Source: an uncultured Planctomycetaceae bacterium
Lineage (GTDB): Bacteria; Planctomycetota; Planctomycetia; Pirellulales; PALSA-1355
Direction of reading: 5' to 3'
Assembly (NCBI GenBank): GCA_963785305.1
Contig: CAWAUV010000008.1
Coordinates: 704,001 to 768,000, forward strand
Length of the DNA: 64,000 nucleotides
The number at the start of each line of letters is the position of its first letter. Position 1 is the first letter of the stretch. The notes beneath the pieces were generated by a model, which was given only the letters and a program-made list of their open reading frames with translations, searched no databases and was not told where the DNA came from. A program made the translations under genes and the position numbers. Positions 9,974 to 20,507 of this stretch are shown one piece after another.

Positions 9974-11272
9974 CTAGGCGGCGGAAGGTCGGGCGGGTTG
10001 GGCGTCGACGCGGAAGAGCCAGCGCGGCGCGGGAACAAGCGCCGTGGCGATTGCCAGCGCGACCGTCGCGAGGCTGAGCATGGGAAAGATGGCCAGATAT
10101 GAGCCGTATTGATCGTGCGAATAGCCGAGCACGACCGGGCCGAAGGCCGAAGCGATGACGGTCATCATCTGCGCCGCGCCCTGGATTTTGCCCAACTCTC
10201 GTTTTCCGAACCAGCGCGCCCAGACCGCGAAAAACACGATGGTCACCAGTCCGCCACTGGCTGCCATGACGGTCGCATAGGCATAGAGCTCGCCCCGCGT
10301 TTCGACTCGCGGAAAGAAGATCATGGCGGCCGAGATCAGCGTCAGCGCGGCCGACATTTGCCAGCGGAGCGAAATGCGTTCGGCGAGCAGGCCGCCAGCC
10401 AAGTTCGCGGTCATGCCGACCAGGAAACTCAGCGAAGTGACCGAGTAGTAATCGTCGGCCGAAAATCCCCGCTCGGCGAAGATCGCCTGGTTAAATAGAG
10501 AGACTCCCGAACTGATCAGCAAGAAACCCGAGCTCGCGAGCGCAAAAGCCCAAAATGCCGGCGTCATGAGCGCTTGGACGATGGTCGCGCCAAACGAATC
10601 GTCGGGCGAATGCTTCGCATCGCCCTTGCCGGCGGTTTCGGGATCTCGCGTTATCATCCACGCGGCGATGGCGAGCCCGAGCAGCGCCAGGCCGACATCG
10701 AACCAGGCGGAACGCCAGCCGGTTTGCTTCACCAGTCGCCCGACTAGGGGAAACGCCATGGAGAATCCAACACTCATCAACACCGAAAAGATTCCGGTGG
10801 CCGGGCCGAGAGCCCGACCCTCGAACCAATTGCCCAGCACCGCCAAGCTGGCGAGCGACAGCATGCTTTGCCCGAAGCCGCGCGAGGCCGTGACCGCGAA
10901 AAAGAGCGCGGTGGCGCTTTCGATTTGGCTCGTCGTCAGCACTACCACGGCCAGCGCGAAGAGAGCGAACGTCAGCGAGCGTCGTGGGCCATGGCGGTCG
11001 ATCATCCAACCAAACGGCGCGCAGGCCGTGGCGCCGATGAGCGTCGCCCAAAAATTAAGCTTTCCCATCGCCAGCGCGCTGAGGTGAAACTCGTCCATGA
11101 GCTGGGAGGTGATCAGGCCCAGGCCATGGGTCCGGCCGGGCAGGGTGCCGACCATCGCCATCGCCGCGACGGGAACCATCCACGAGCGGCGATCAAAGGC
11201 CGCGGATCGAATGGCTTCGAGGCGGCTGGCTTGGCCTACGTCGCCGACCAGGGGAGAGGGATTTTCGTGCAT
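9974..11272 (-). CDS. MFS transporter
   Basis: About 12 hydrophobic segments and MFS motif A 'GWMIDRHGPR'. Confidence 0.9.
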   Translation of the reverse strand: MHENPSPLVGDVGQASRLEAIRSAAFDRRSWMVPVAAMAMVGTLPGRTHGLGLITSQLMDEFHLSALAMGKLNFWATLIGATACAPFGWMIDRHGPRRSLTFALFALAVVVLTTSQIESATALFFAVTASRGFGQSMLSLASLAVLGNWFEGRALGPATGIFSVLMSVGFSMAFPLVGRLVKQTGWRSAWFDVGLALLGLAIAAWMITRDPETAGKGDAKHSPDDSFGATIVQALMTPAFWAFALASSGFLLISSGVSLFNQAIFAERGFSADDYYSVTSLSFLVGMTANLAGGLLAERISLRWQMSAALTLISAAMIFFPRVETRGELYAYATVMAASGGLVTIVFFAVWARWFGKRELGKIQGAAQMMTVIASAFGPVVLGYSHDQYGSYLAIFPMLSLATVALAIATALVPAPRWLFRVDAQPARPSAA

Positions 11273-11370
11273 GGGAGCGCCGCGAGAAAGCTGGCTTTAA
11301 ACCCTTCGCGCCCGGGGAAGGGGGCGCGATATGGGGCAAACATATCAGGAAGTTATCTTTGGTCCGTTCC

Positions 11371-12159
11371 TTACTTGAAGTACACGTCGGACCTGCCGTG
11401 CTCGGCATAACGCTGTTTGAGCCAAGCGTGAAACTCGCGGTAATGCGCGTCGCGACGGTCGCCGCCATCGTGGTCGGCGTTATAGCTCAAGTACAACTGC
11501 CGCCGCCAGCGCGGGCTGCGATTCGGCGACGAGCGATGCGGGGTGAAACAGCCGAATAGCGCGATATCGCCCGCGTTTAAGTCAAGCCGCACGCCGCGCG
11601 ACTCGTCGACCGACGAGAGCGGTAGATCGTGGTACATGCCGTCTTTCGGCGAAAGGTAACCGGCGCGGTGATATCCCGGAAAGACTTCCGTGGCGCCGTT
11701 CGCATTGTCGGCCGGGTCGATCGCGATCAGCACCGTGATGAATGTCTCGGGGAATTCGGGCCAGCCGATATAATCCTGGTGCAACTCGTAGCCGATCGTG
11801 CCCGGCGGTTTGTAGATCAGCTTGTCCTTGAACAACCGAGCCGGCGAGCCATAGATGGCCGACAAAGGCGCAAGAATGCGTTCGTCGTGCGCGAAGCGCG
11901 CCGACACGGGGCCGCAATCGATCACGGGATCGAAGCATTCGAACACGCACTGGCCCGAGTCGATCTCGGTTTTCCAGCGGCAGCGGAGGTTATCGGTGTC
12001 GACCAGGTCGTGTCGCCACCAAAGCCCCGAGGCCTCTTGATCCAATGCGGCGATCTCGTCGGGCTGGAACACGCCCCGCAAAATCAAGAAGCCCTCGTCG
12101 CGATACTTGCGAAGCTGATCGTCGTCGAGGGCGGCGGCGGAGGCGGGTTTCGTCGTCAT
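11371..12159 (-). CDS. Phytanoyl-CoA dioxygenase (PhyH) family Fe(II)/2OG oxygenase
   Basis: 'YRDEGFLILRG', 'KPPG...LHQD' (HxD), 'TPHRSSPNRS..RR'. Confidence 0.9.
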   Translation of the reverse strand: MTTKPASAAALDDDQLRKYRDEGFLILRGVFQPDEIAALDQEASGLWWRHDLVDTDNLRCRWKTEIDSGQCVFECFDPVIDCGPVSARFAHDERILAPLSAIYGSPARLFKDKLIYKPPGTIGYELHQDYIGWPEFPETFITVLIAIDPADNANGATEVFPGYHRAGYLSPKDGMYHDLPLSSVDESRGVRLDLNAGDIALFGCFTPHRSSPNRSPRWRRQLYLSYNADHDGGDRRDAHYREFHAWLKQRYAEHGRSDVYFK

Positions 12160-12411
12160 CGGCCGAAAGGTTCGCACGGGCAGGCTCGATTAGGCGCACT
12201 GGGAAGCAAGCCCATCCATCGCATTCCATCCAGCGATCGTCGGAATGCATGGTCTCGTTCGCGCGGCCCGAGGAGCCCCCTGGAGCCGGCAGCGCCGATC
12301 GCATACAGATATAGCATGCCGGCCGGCGCGAACAAACCCCCTTGAAAAAAGCGGAAATCCGCGTCGGGTGGTTCGTGCGCGAATGAATACAGTCCGGCGG
12401 TGCGCTTCTCC

Positions 12412-12466
12412 GGCCGATTTTTCGTCCGGCCGAGTGTTCGTCAGGCCGAGTGTTCGTCAGGCCGAG
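12412..12466. repeat. Tandem 16-bp repeat (~3.4 copies of GGCCGAGTGTTCGTCA)
   Basis: ggccgatttttcgtcc|ggccgagtgttcgtca|ggccgagtgttcgtca|ggccgag, overlapping the stop of the adjacent gene. Confidence 0.75.
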
Positions 12467-12675
12467 AGCGAGGCCGCATAGCCGCTCGCGGTGAGCGAGT
12501 AGGCGTCGCGCGGACGCTCCTTCACCACGAGCTTTCGCTCCATCAGCGAGTTGACCGCTCGGGCGAATTCGCGCGGGTTCGACTTCGCGCGACCGCTGTT
12601 GAGAAACAGCATCTCATGGCTGCGGGCCCGATACACTCGAAACTGACGAAGAATTGCCACTTCCGCGTTGCTCAT
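12457..12675 (-). CDS. Small winged-helix-like protein
   Basis: 72 aa with the wHTH-like pattern 'AVNSLMERKLVVKE...YSLTASG' and an AGGGA RBS. Confidence 0.6.
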   Translation of the reverse strand: MSNAEVAILRQFRVYRARSHEMLFLNSGRAKSNPREFARAVNSLMERKLVVKERPRDAYSLTASGYAASLSA

Positions 12676-13022
12676 AAAGTCCCTTTGCTAGAAAAGAGGA
12701 TTTGTGGGAAGCGAACAGCGGCTCCAAGCGCGGGCGGCCGCGGCTTCGGCGGTTCCGCGTTTCGGCTTGGATGCGTTCATTTTCGAGGGGTTCAGAGAGC
12801 TTGCCGCGGCCCGTTTCGCGCACCCGTGCTCGCTGGCGCCCCCGGGCGTCTCTTGTAGAGGCATTCTAGCAGGGTTTTGTTCGCGGAGGGCCGAAAAATA
12901 ACGGAATCGTCGAGAAAATCACGCGTCTTGCAGGCCGAACTTCGTCTTTTCAAGGCGAAAAAGACGCTTTCGAGCCAATCATGGCCATCGACCATGTGGC
13001 CAGGAGCCAAGCAAGCCAACGC

Positions 13023-13063
13023 AAAAGGCCGAGGGGCGATCCGGTGTCCGGAACCCCTCGGCC
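13023..13063 (-). terminator. Intrinsic terminator of the RRM gene
   Basis: GGCCGAGGGG...CCCCTCGGCC stem followed by TTTT on the minus strand. Confidence 0.65.
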
Positions 13064-13115
13064 GATTAAATGCGTGTGTTATACGTTGAGGCGTTCTGGC
13101 GAGGCGCCGCGACGC

Positions 13116-13481
13116 TTAGCGACGGCCGCCGTAGCCGCCACCACCACCACCGCCGCCGCCGCCGTAGCCGCCGCCGCCGCCGCCACGTCCGCCGCGACCG
13201 CCACCGTAGCCACCGCCGCCGCCGCCACGCTCTTCGCGGGGCTTGGCTTCATTGACCGTTAGCGGGCGGCCTTCGTGTTCTTTTTCGTGCAGGCCCTTGA
13301 TGGCTTCGCGAGCGGCGTTTTCATCGCCCATCTCGACGAATCCGAAGCCCTTGCTCCGGCCCGTGTCACGGTCTTCGATCACTTGTGCGCTTTGCACCGC
13401 GCCAAACGGGGAGAACAGTTCTTCCAAAGTCGCGCTGGTCACACTGTAGCTGAGATTACCGACATAAAGCTTCTTACCCAC
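13116..13481 (-). CDS. RRM RNA-binding protein with Gly-rich tail
   Basis: RNP2 'LYVGNL', RNP1 'KGFGFVEM', RGG tail. GTG start with AAGGAG RBS. Confidence 0.95.
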   Translation of the reverse strand: MGKKLYVGNLSYSVTSATLEELFSPFGAVQSAQVIEDRDTGRSKGFGFVEMGDENAAREAIKGLHEKEHEGRPLTVNEAKPREERGGGGGGYGGGRGGRGGGGGGYGGGGGGGGGGYGGRR

Positions 13482-13742
13482 TGAAATAACTCCTTGCAGG
13501 GGCTTGGCCGACCCGATGTTACTTTCCGGGTCGAAACGAAAGGGGCCAGAATGGTGGCCCGCCAAGTAGGAAAGGCGAGAGAGGAGGCAGCGGGCGGATA
13601 CGAAAGACCCAAGCGCTACGGTTCGCGTCGTCAAACCGACTGAGCCCTAATATACCATCGGAGGCCTCGCGGAAAAGGCCAAATTCTTTCCCGCTTGGCG
13701 ATCTGGGCCGGCCGGGCGGTCCCGGGAATTTGGTTTCCGCCC

Positions 13743-14348
13743 TCACCGCGCCCGCGCAATCGTGGCCAAAAGCGCCTTGGGGCCGCCGGGGCTGAACATC
13801 GCTTTCGCCGTGTCGGTTGTCGCGAATGTGGTCGCTTCGATGCGCTCGACCACCCAGCCCGCGGCGAAGGCGGCGCGAATCTCGTGCTGGCTCACGCGGC
13901 GGGGACCTTCGCCAGGCGGCTCCGCGTCGGAAAAGCACAAGATATGCAATCGCGCCTCGGGCCGCGCAACCGCCGCGAGTCCGGCGACGAAACGCGACCG
14001 CTCCGCGTCGGCAAATGTGTGGAACAGTCCGCAGTCGATCACAGTGTCGAATTGCCGCTTGAGCGAGGCGAGGTCGAGCGCGTCGCCCACGACGAATTCC
14101 GCGGCGATCGCCCGCTGGGCCGCCTTGGCTTTGGCACGCTCGATCGCCGTGGCGACATAATCGAGCCCGAGCACCTCGTGGCCCCGGGCGGCGAGATAGA
14201 GCGCGTTGTCACCGGTTCCGCAGCCCACGTCGAGCACGCCGCCGACGATTTGTCCCGCGGCTGCGAGTCGCTCGATCGATGGCTGCGGCCGACCGATATC
14301 CCAGGGCGCTTGGCCGGCATACATTTGCTCGAATTGCGCGCACTCCAT
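13743..14348 (-). CDS. Class I SAM-dependent methyltransferase
   Basis: 'PWDIGRPQP', 'VLDVGCGTG', 'FDTVIDCGLFH'. Confidence 0.9.
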   Translation of the reverse strand: MECAQFEQMYAGQAPWDIGRPQPSIERLAAAGQIVGGVLDVGCGTGDNALYLAARGHEVLGLDYVATAIERAKAKAAQRAIAAEFVVGDALDLASLKRQFDTVIDCGLFHTFADAERSRFVAGLAAVARPEARLHILCFSDAEPPGEGPRRVSQHEIRAAFAAGWVVERIEATTFATTDTAKAMFSPGGPKALLATIARAR

Positions 14349-14419
14349 GCGATGTGCCTCGTGGTTAGCAGTTCCGGGCAAGCGATGCGACCGCCGAAAT
14401 TCGCATCACAACCGCGGGC

Positions 14420-15458
14420 CTACTTCTTCTCGACGAACCAGATATTTCGGTAGTTCACCGGGTTGCCGTGATTTTGCAGAATGGAGCGGGCCGGGCTCGG
14501 GACCTTCTTTCACCGGAGCGGCCGTGGTCGCGTGGGGCACGGAGATTTTGTCTTGCACCACGACGCCATTGAGCCGCGCCGTTATCACCGCGTCGGCCAC
14601 TTTCTTATCGCCTTCGTAGCGGGCGGCCGTGAAATCGATGTCGTAGGTCTGCCAGCTCAGGGGCGGCAAACACATATTCACGCTCGGGGCCGACACCGAA
14701 TAAATGCCGCCGCATTCGTTGTTTTCGCCCTTGAGGCCAAACGAATCGAGCACCTGGCACTCATAGCGTCCCTGAAGATAGACCCCGCTATTGCCGCGAC
14801 CCTGCCCGCGAGACGTCGGCATGAACGGTAATTGAAATTCGACATGGAGCGTGCCGCTTTGGAACTTCTGCTTGCTGTTCTGGCCTTGGGGCAGCAGTCC
14901 ATCGGCCGTGGGCTTGCCGGGCTCGAAGCCGTTGGAACTCGATCCATCGAATAGCACGACCGCGCCGGCCGGCGCAGCGGCGCCGAGCGTGGGGCTTTGG
15001 CGAATGGTTTTCTTGAGCTCGCCGATCTTGAAGCCATTGAGCGCCGGGACCGTGATCGTGAGCACTCCATCTTTCAGGCGGCCTTCGTGTTGTTCGCCCT
15101 TGAAGAGCGTGACGCCGTCTTTGGTTTCTCCATCGGTCGCGTGGAGCGGGCTGTTGTCATAGCCAGCGCCGGGCAGGCCACCGAAGTAGGCGACCGCGCG
15201 GAATTTGCTCTCGCCGAGGGCAATGATTTGCAGCCCGAGATTCATCGCGCCCTCGGGGGTTTGAATCTCGCCGACATATTCGCCCTGCGTCGCGAAGTCG
15301 GGGTCCTTGGCGTCGGAAACCGCGGCGGGCGCCGCCAGCAGCGGGCTCGATAGCGCGGCGAGCCCGGCGATCCCGACCGTCGCGACCCAGGCCCCAGCGA
15401 CAACCCAACGACGGCAAACGCTCGCAAACAGATTTCGGCAATCGATCATGGCAAACAT
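14420..15458 (-). CDS. DUF1080 (3-keto-disaccharide hydrolase family) protein; frameshift near C-terminus
   Basis: 'GQGRGNSGVYLQGRYECQVLDS', 'WQTYDIDF'. The likely true end 'LQNHGNPVNYRNIWFVEKK*' lies in a shifted frame. Confidence 0.9.
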
Positions 15459-15771
15459 CCGGGGAAAAAGGGGCGGGGTTCATGAAGAAGAGATTCGAAC
15501 CTGCGCGCGAGCGATCGACGGTCTCGAGGGCCCGACGCGCGGTCCGACCTGGCTGTTCGAACATTTTGGTCGCCAGCCCGCGCAAGAGCAAGCGCCTTGC
15601 CGAAATCCTCGGGCTCCGGGCGGAAAACATTTCGCGCGGGGAGCGTGCAACCATCGACGCCAGGGATTACGATGTCGAGCATCGCCCGAAGCACGCGCCG
15701 CGGGCGCCTCCGCGCTGCTCGTTGCTATCCTTGCCGGTTCTTCTCCCGTTCATCCCGCCCAGGAATGAAAC

Positions 15772-17202
15772 ATGCCCTCGCTCGCCTCGCACGAATTGCT
15801 CTCGCTCGCTCGCCGCGGAAGGGGAAATCTTTGCTTCGCGCTTTCGCATGCCCTGGTGCTTGCAAGCTGGCTATCGCTCCCAGGGAGCGGCGCCGCGGCG
15901 GTCAAGGCGCATTCCCTCTTTTCCGACAACGCGGTCTTGCAGCAAGGAATCACGCTGCCGGTTTGGGGCACAACCGACGCCGCTGGAAAGGTGACGGTGT
16001 CATTCGCCGAGCAAACCATGAGCGCCGAGCCCAAGGACGGCAAATGGCGCGTCGAGCTCGCCCCGCTCAGCCAAAACAACAAACCGGCCGAGCTCGTCAT
16101 CCACCAGGGCGAACAGAGCCTGACGATCAAGAATGTGCTCGTCGGCGAAGTCTGGATCTGCGGAGGACAGTCGAACATGGAATGGACCGTGGCCAATAGC
16201 GAGGGCGGCCAAGAAGCGATCGCCGCGTCGGCCAGCGATCAGATTCGGCTGCTCACCGTGCCGCGCGGCGGCGATTCCCAGCCCCAGAGCGACGTGAACG
16301 TCAAATGGTCGGTCGCCGCGCCCGACACGGTCCGAAACTTCTCCGCGGTCGGCTATTTCTTCGGCCGCAAATTGCAGCGCGATCGGCAGACGCCGGTCGG
16401 GCTCATCAGCAGCAATGTCGGCGGAACGCCGGCCGAGCGTTGGACCGCCAAGGCCGCGCTCGAGGCCGATCCCGAGCTCAAGCATCTCAACGGCGGCGAT
16501 CTCTACAATCGCATGATCGCGCCGCTCGCGCCGTTCGGAATTCGCGGCATGATTTGGTATCAGGGCGAGGCCAATCGCACTCGGCCCAAGCAATATCGCA
16601 AGCTCTTGAGCGCGATGATCAAGAACTGGCGCGAGGCGTTCAATGCGCCCGAGGCGCCGTTTCTGATCGTGCAACTCGCGCCGTTCATGAAGATTTCGCC
16701 CCAGCCGCAGGAAAGCAAGTTGGCGGAACTGCGCGACGCGCAACTCGCCGTGGCCGAAAATGTGCCGCATTGCGGCCTGGCCGTCATTACCGATCTGGGC
16801 GACGAACGGGATATCCATCCCCGGCAAAAGACTCCCGTCGGCGAGCGGCTCGCAGCGGCGGCCCGCGCGATCGCCCATGGTGAGCCGATCGAGTATTCCG
16901 GCCCGATATTCGACAAGCTCACCGTGAGCGGGCCCGAGGCCATCGTCGGCTTTAAACATGTGGGCGATGGTCTCGTGGCCAAGGGCGATGCGCTCACCGG
17001 CTTCACGATCGCCGGCGAGGATCACAAGTTTTTCAACGCCAAGGCCCGCATCCAGGGCGATAGCGTGGTGGTGACGAGCGACGATGTTCCGAAGCCGGTG
17101 GCGGTGCGCTATGGCTGGGCCGATTACCCGGTGGTGAACCTTTGGAACAAGAACGATTTTCCGGCGAGCCCCTTCCGCACCGACGATTTTCCGACGCCGT
17201 GA
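15772..17202 (+). CDS. Sialate O-acetylesterase (SASA/DUF303, SGNH)
   Basis: 'VWICGGQSNM', 'WYQGE', 'DIHP..K'. Confidence 0.92.
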   Translation: MPSLASHELLSLARRGRGNLCFALSHALVLASWLSLPGSGAAAVKAHSLFSDNAVLQQGITLPVWGTTDAAGKVTVSFAEQTMSAEPKDGKWRVELAPLSQNNKPAELVIHQGEQSLTIKNVLVGEVWICGGQSNMEWTVANSEGGQEAIAASASDQIRLLTVPRGGDSQPQSDVNVKWSVAAPDTVRNFSAVGYFFGRKLQRDRQTPVGLISSNVGGTPAERWTAKAALEADPELKHLNGGDLYNRMIAPLAPFGIRGMIWYQGEANRTRPKQYRKLLSAMIKNWREAFNAPEAPFLIVQLAPFMKISPQPQESKLAELRDAQLAVAENVPHCGLAVITDLGDERDIHPRQKTPVGERLAAAARAIAHGEPIEYSGPIFDKLTVSGPEAIVGFKHVGDGLVAKGDALTGFTIAGEDHKFFNAKARIQGDSVVVTSDDVPKPVAVRYGWADYPVVNLWNKNDFPASPFRTDDFPTP

Positions 17203-17203
17203 C

Positions 17204-17704
17204 TCAGTCCGGCCAACTCGCGCCGATGGATATCGCCCCCGGCGGCGCAACGCCATGGGGCGCGACATAGGTCCACGCCAAGCGGTCGCGCGGCGCCAGC
17301 AAGCGCACCAGCACTCGCCAGTATTCGCCCGTCCGATCCGCCGGCCGATAGGCTTCCAAGCGATCGAGCGCCACGAGCCGCTCCTTGGCGTCGGCGAACG
17401 TAATGAGCTCGCCCTCGACGATCGACCACTCGGGCTCGGCCGCCGATGGCGGCGGAAATTCGGAGGACTGTTTCGCGATATCCGCCGCCGCGTCGGGCGA
17501 GCCGAAGGCCAGAACCGCTTCGCGCGGAACCGCGAGCATCGGGTACCCGGCCAACAGGTGAAACAGCCGCCCCTGGACTTGGGCCGGTTCGACGCTCACG
17601 GCGCCCTGACAATAACGAGCGTGGTTGCGCTGGCCGCGCTTGAGGGTGCCATAGACAAACATTTCGAGCGGCGCGATCACGGAAAAAAATGTCGCGTGAG
17701 ACAT
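17204..17704 (-). CDS. Gamma-glutamylcyclotransferase family protein
   Basis: 'FVYGTLKRG..NH', 'LDRLE.Y', 'AWTY'. Confidence 0.88.
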   Translation of the reverse strand: MSHATFFSVIAPLEMFVYGTLKRGQRNHARYCQGAVSVEPAQVQGRLFHLLAGYPMLAVPREAVLAFGSPDAAADIAKQSSEFPPPSAAEPEWSIVEGELITFADAKERLVALDRLEAYRPADRTGEYWRVLVRLLAPRDRLAWTYVAPHGVAPPGAISIGASWPD

Positions 17705-18109
17705 AATCGCAACCTCGCATGCGATCGGTCGTGAGCCACGACCACGACTCGCGGCGCCGATTCTAACAAATTCGCGCCGCTGCTAGCAGGCGCCCGACGT
17801 CGCGGTCCGCATCGCAATACCCGAAAAAACTTGCTGCGCTCTTCCGCCCGCGGGCGGCGCGGGCGGCCCAAACCATGAATTCGTCTTGGCGGAGAATTCT
17901 TGTTGTGCTAACGTACGCCGCCCTTGCTCGACAGGCGAGGCCGACCGCGAGCTCCGGCGACAGGCAAGGCTGCCCCGCCCCCGGACCACGCGGCGAACCA
18001 CACACTCAAAACATCAAGTCGCGGGGCTCCTAACCCCCGCATGCGACCGAAGAACCGCGCCGCGATCTCCCAATACCGCGGCCAGGCCGACAAGGAAGGA
18101 GGCTGCCCG

Positions 18110-18631
18110 ATGAGCTCCGATCGCCAGGAGCAACTCCGCTGTCATATCCGCTGGATGATCCGTCGCGATATGGCCGAAGTGCTCGACATCGAACAAGAAA
18201 GCTTCGAATTCCCTTGGTGCGAAGAGGACTTCATTCGCTGTTTGCGGCAGCGAAATTGCATCGGCATGGTCGCCGAGCATGAGGAGCGCGTCGTCGGGTT
18301 CATGATCTATGAACTGCACAAGACGCGCTTGCATGTCCTGAACTTTGCCGTCGCGAGGTCGACCCGGCGCCATGGCGTCGGCCATCAGATGCTCGGCAAG
18401 CTTATCGGCAAGCTCTCCTTCCAGCGCAGGACCCGGGTGCTGCTCGAAGTGCGCGAGACCAATCTCGCCGCCCAGCTCTTCTTCAAAGCCGAAGGTTTTC
18501 GAGCCGTCAACGTGCTGCGCGACTTTTACGACGACACCACGGAAGACGCCTACGTGATGCAATATCGCTACAAGCCGGCCCCAGCTGAAATCGTGATTCC
18601 CACGAATCGCATCACGAAGCTCGCCGGTTGA
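18110..18631 (+). CDS. rimI: RimI-like GNAT acetyltransferase
   Basis: 'LNFAV...RRHGVG...LEVRETNLAAQLFF...FY...EDAYVM'. Strong GGAGG RBS. Confidence 0.88.
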   Translation: MSSDRQEQLRCHIRWMIRRDMAEVLDIEQESFEFPWCEEDFIRCLRQRNCIGMVAEHEERVVGFMIYELHKTRLHVLNFAVARSTRRHGVGHQMLGKLIGKLSFQRRTRVLLEVRETNLAAQLFFKAEGFRAVNVLRDFYDDTTEDAYVMQYRYKPAPAEIVIPTNRITKLAG

Positions 18632-18692
18632 AAAGGCGCCATTGCGCGAAAACGGCGGACAAGCGGCTCAAGAAGAACGTGGCCGACACTAC

Positions 18693-18800
18693 AGCCACGG
18701 AATCACAGGGAATCACACGGAAGATGGAACGGTAACGGCGCACGCTTCGCCCATCATATCACTGACCCTATTTCCATATTTTTCGTGTCCTTCCGTGGCT
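18693..18800. repeat. Imperfect inverted repeat built of CACGGAA-like units (REP-like)
   Basis: agccacggaatcacagggaatcacacggaa ... tttccatatttttcgtgtccttccgtggct, between convergent rimI and mtd. Confidence 0.6.
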
Positions 18801-18841
18801 AAATCCTTGGGCCTCGGAATGGTCGCTAATCGACGCGGTCG

Positions 18842-19708
18842 CTAATCGGCAATGCCGCGGGCGATGGCGAATATCTGCTCCATGTCCAGGGTTTGATCGC
18901 GGGCGGCGAATAGTTGCCGGATCGCGGCCTTGTGAATCTTCATCTTGAGCCCGCCCACGCCGATCGCCCCATAGTAGTAGCAGCCTTCGGCCTCGCGCGC
19001 TTTATCGAGCGGATCGATGCCCGCGATGCCCGCCGGCGGCGCCGCGCTCAGGTCGATGCAGACCCGCAACGATGGGCAGGCATGCAGCGTGGCCGCGGAA
19101 ACGAGCTCCACGCCGGGAGCGCCGGCCGAAAGCACCACCTGCGCTCCGGCCAGCACATCTTCGGCCATCGCCGACTCCGTGGCCACGGCCGTCACCCGCG
19201 CATGCGGGTAGCGGGCCCGAATCGCGCGACACGCGGCTTGGGCTCGTTCAAGACTGCGCGAGGTCACCAGGGTCTCGGCGCCGGCGAGCGATAGGAGCAT
19301 CGCCGCGCGCGAGCCCACCGGCCCCGTCGCCGCCAGCACCACCGCCTTGGCCTGGGCCAGATCGACATGTCGGGCCGCGGCCAGCACCGCCGCGGCCGCC
19401 GTGGTGTTGCAGCCATTGGAATCGAGCATTACCGACACGCGCAAGGGGCCGATAAACGCTTGCTGTGCCTCGCGGAGCAGAATTTCGCCCTGCTGCACGC
19501 TCGATCCGCCGATGAAAATCGCCGAACGATGCAAGTCGTCCACCCCGCGAGTGAAGATCAGGCCATGCACCAGCGTCGGCACGTCGGCCAACGACACGGC
19601 GCCCTGCCGCAGCACATGTTCGACGCCCGAATCGATTGCCACGGTCGTGTCGAACACGCTCGGATTGCGATCGGTGTCGAGCTGGAGCAAGATCGTGGGC
19701 TTGGACAT
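18842..19708 (-). CDS. mtdC: Methylene-H4MPT/H4F dehydrogenase (Mtd family)
   Basis: 'PSVFD..VAIDSG', 'IFTRG', 'MLDSNGCNTTAAAAV', 'YGAIGVGGLKMKIH'. Adjacent to fae. Confidence 0.88.
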   Translation of the reverse strand: MSKPTILLQLDTDRNPSVFDTTVAIDSGVEHVLRQGAVSLADVPTLVHGLIFTRGVDDLHRSAIFIGGSSVQQGEILLREAQQAFIGPLRVSVMLDSNGCNTTAAAAVLAAARHVDLAQAKAVVLAATGPVGSRAAMLLSLAGAETLVTSRSLERAQAACRAIRARYPHARVTAVATESAMAEDVLAGAQVVLSAGAPGVELVSAATLHACPSLRVCIDLSAAPPAGIAGIDPLDKAREAEGCYYYGAIGVGGLKMKIHKAAIRQLFAARDQTLDMEQIFAIARGIAD

Positions 19709-19712
19709 CGGA

Positions 19713-20210
19713 CTAGAATCCACGGAACGGATGCACGGCGCTATCTTTACCGGCGAGCATTTGCTGGGCCGTGGGTTGGCCCTTCATCGCGGCGGCGATC
19801 GCGAGCTTGGTCGCCTCGTAGTTGTAATCGTAGATTTTCTTATCGTCGGCCGCCGCCGGCGCGATGAACACCCCGCACACGATCACCAGATTCTCGGTTT
19901 CGGAAATCGGGATCACGCCATCGGCCACCGAATCGGCCACGGCTTTGGCTACCGCCGCCTGCGCCGGGCCAAACATCTGCACCGCCTGTTTCATCCCCTT
20001 GATCGTGACCTTGGTCACGAGCACGGTCGAGGGCTTCACCGCCAGATTCGGCGCCAGCACGGCCAAGAGATTGCTATGCCCTTCACTCTGCCGGGCCAGC
20101 GCATTGGCAAACGCCGCGCCCACCGGGCCGTTTTTGTCGCCAATCAATAGATCGATATGCGCGATTTCATTGCCTTCGCCCGCCAATGCTTCACCAATAT
20201 ACATCGACAT
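19713..20210 (-). CDS. fae: Formaldehyde-activating enzyme
   Basis: 'GEALAGEGNEIAHIDLLIG', 'QMFGPAQAAVAKAV', 'NYEATKLAI', 'HPF'. Confidence 0.96.
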   Translation of the reverse strand: MSMYIGEALAGEGNEIAHIDLLIGDKNGPVGAAFANALARQSEGHSNLLAVLAPNLAVKPSTVLVTKVTIKGMKQAVQMFGPAQAAVAKAVADSVADGVIPISETENLVIVCGVFIAPAAADDKKIYDYNYEATKLAIAAAMKGQPTAQQMLAGKDSAVHPFRGF

Positions 20211-20507
20211 CTCGCCGCTCCTGGGATGTGAGTCGTTTCGTGAGAAATGCAGCCCACGACCATAACACACGGCGCGGCGAATTCAAGCCGCGCCCGCCGA
20301 CGGATCGCGCCGCGGCTTCGCGAGAGCATCTGCCCGCGGCGCTAACGCGACGATTATAATACCCGCGCCACGTTATGAACTTATGACATTCGGGGAGGAA
20401 GCCGAACCAGGGCAGGCGCTCTCAATGGACCTCCGAGCCCCGCGAGATCGAGCGACCCCTGGGCCGCGGCCGCCAGTTCCCATCCACCCGACGAGCGATG
20501 CGCGCCG

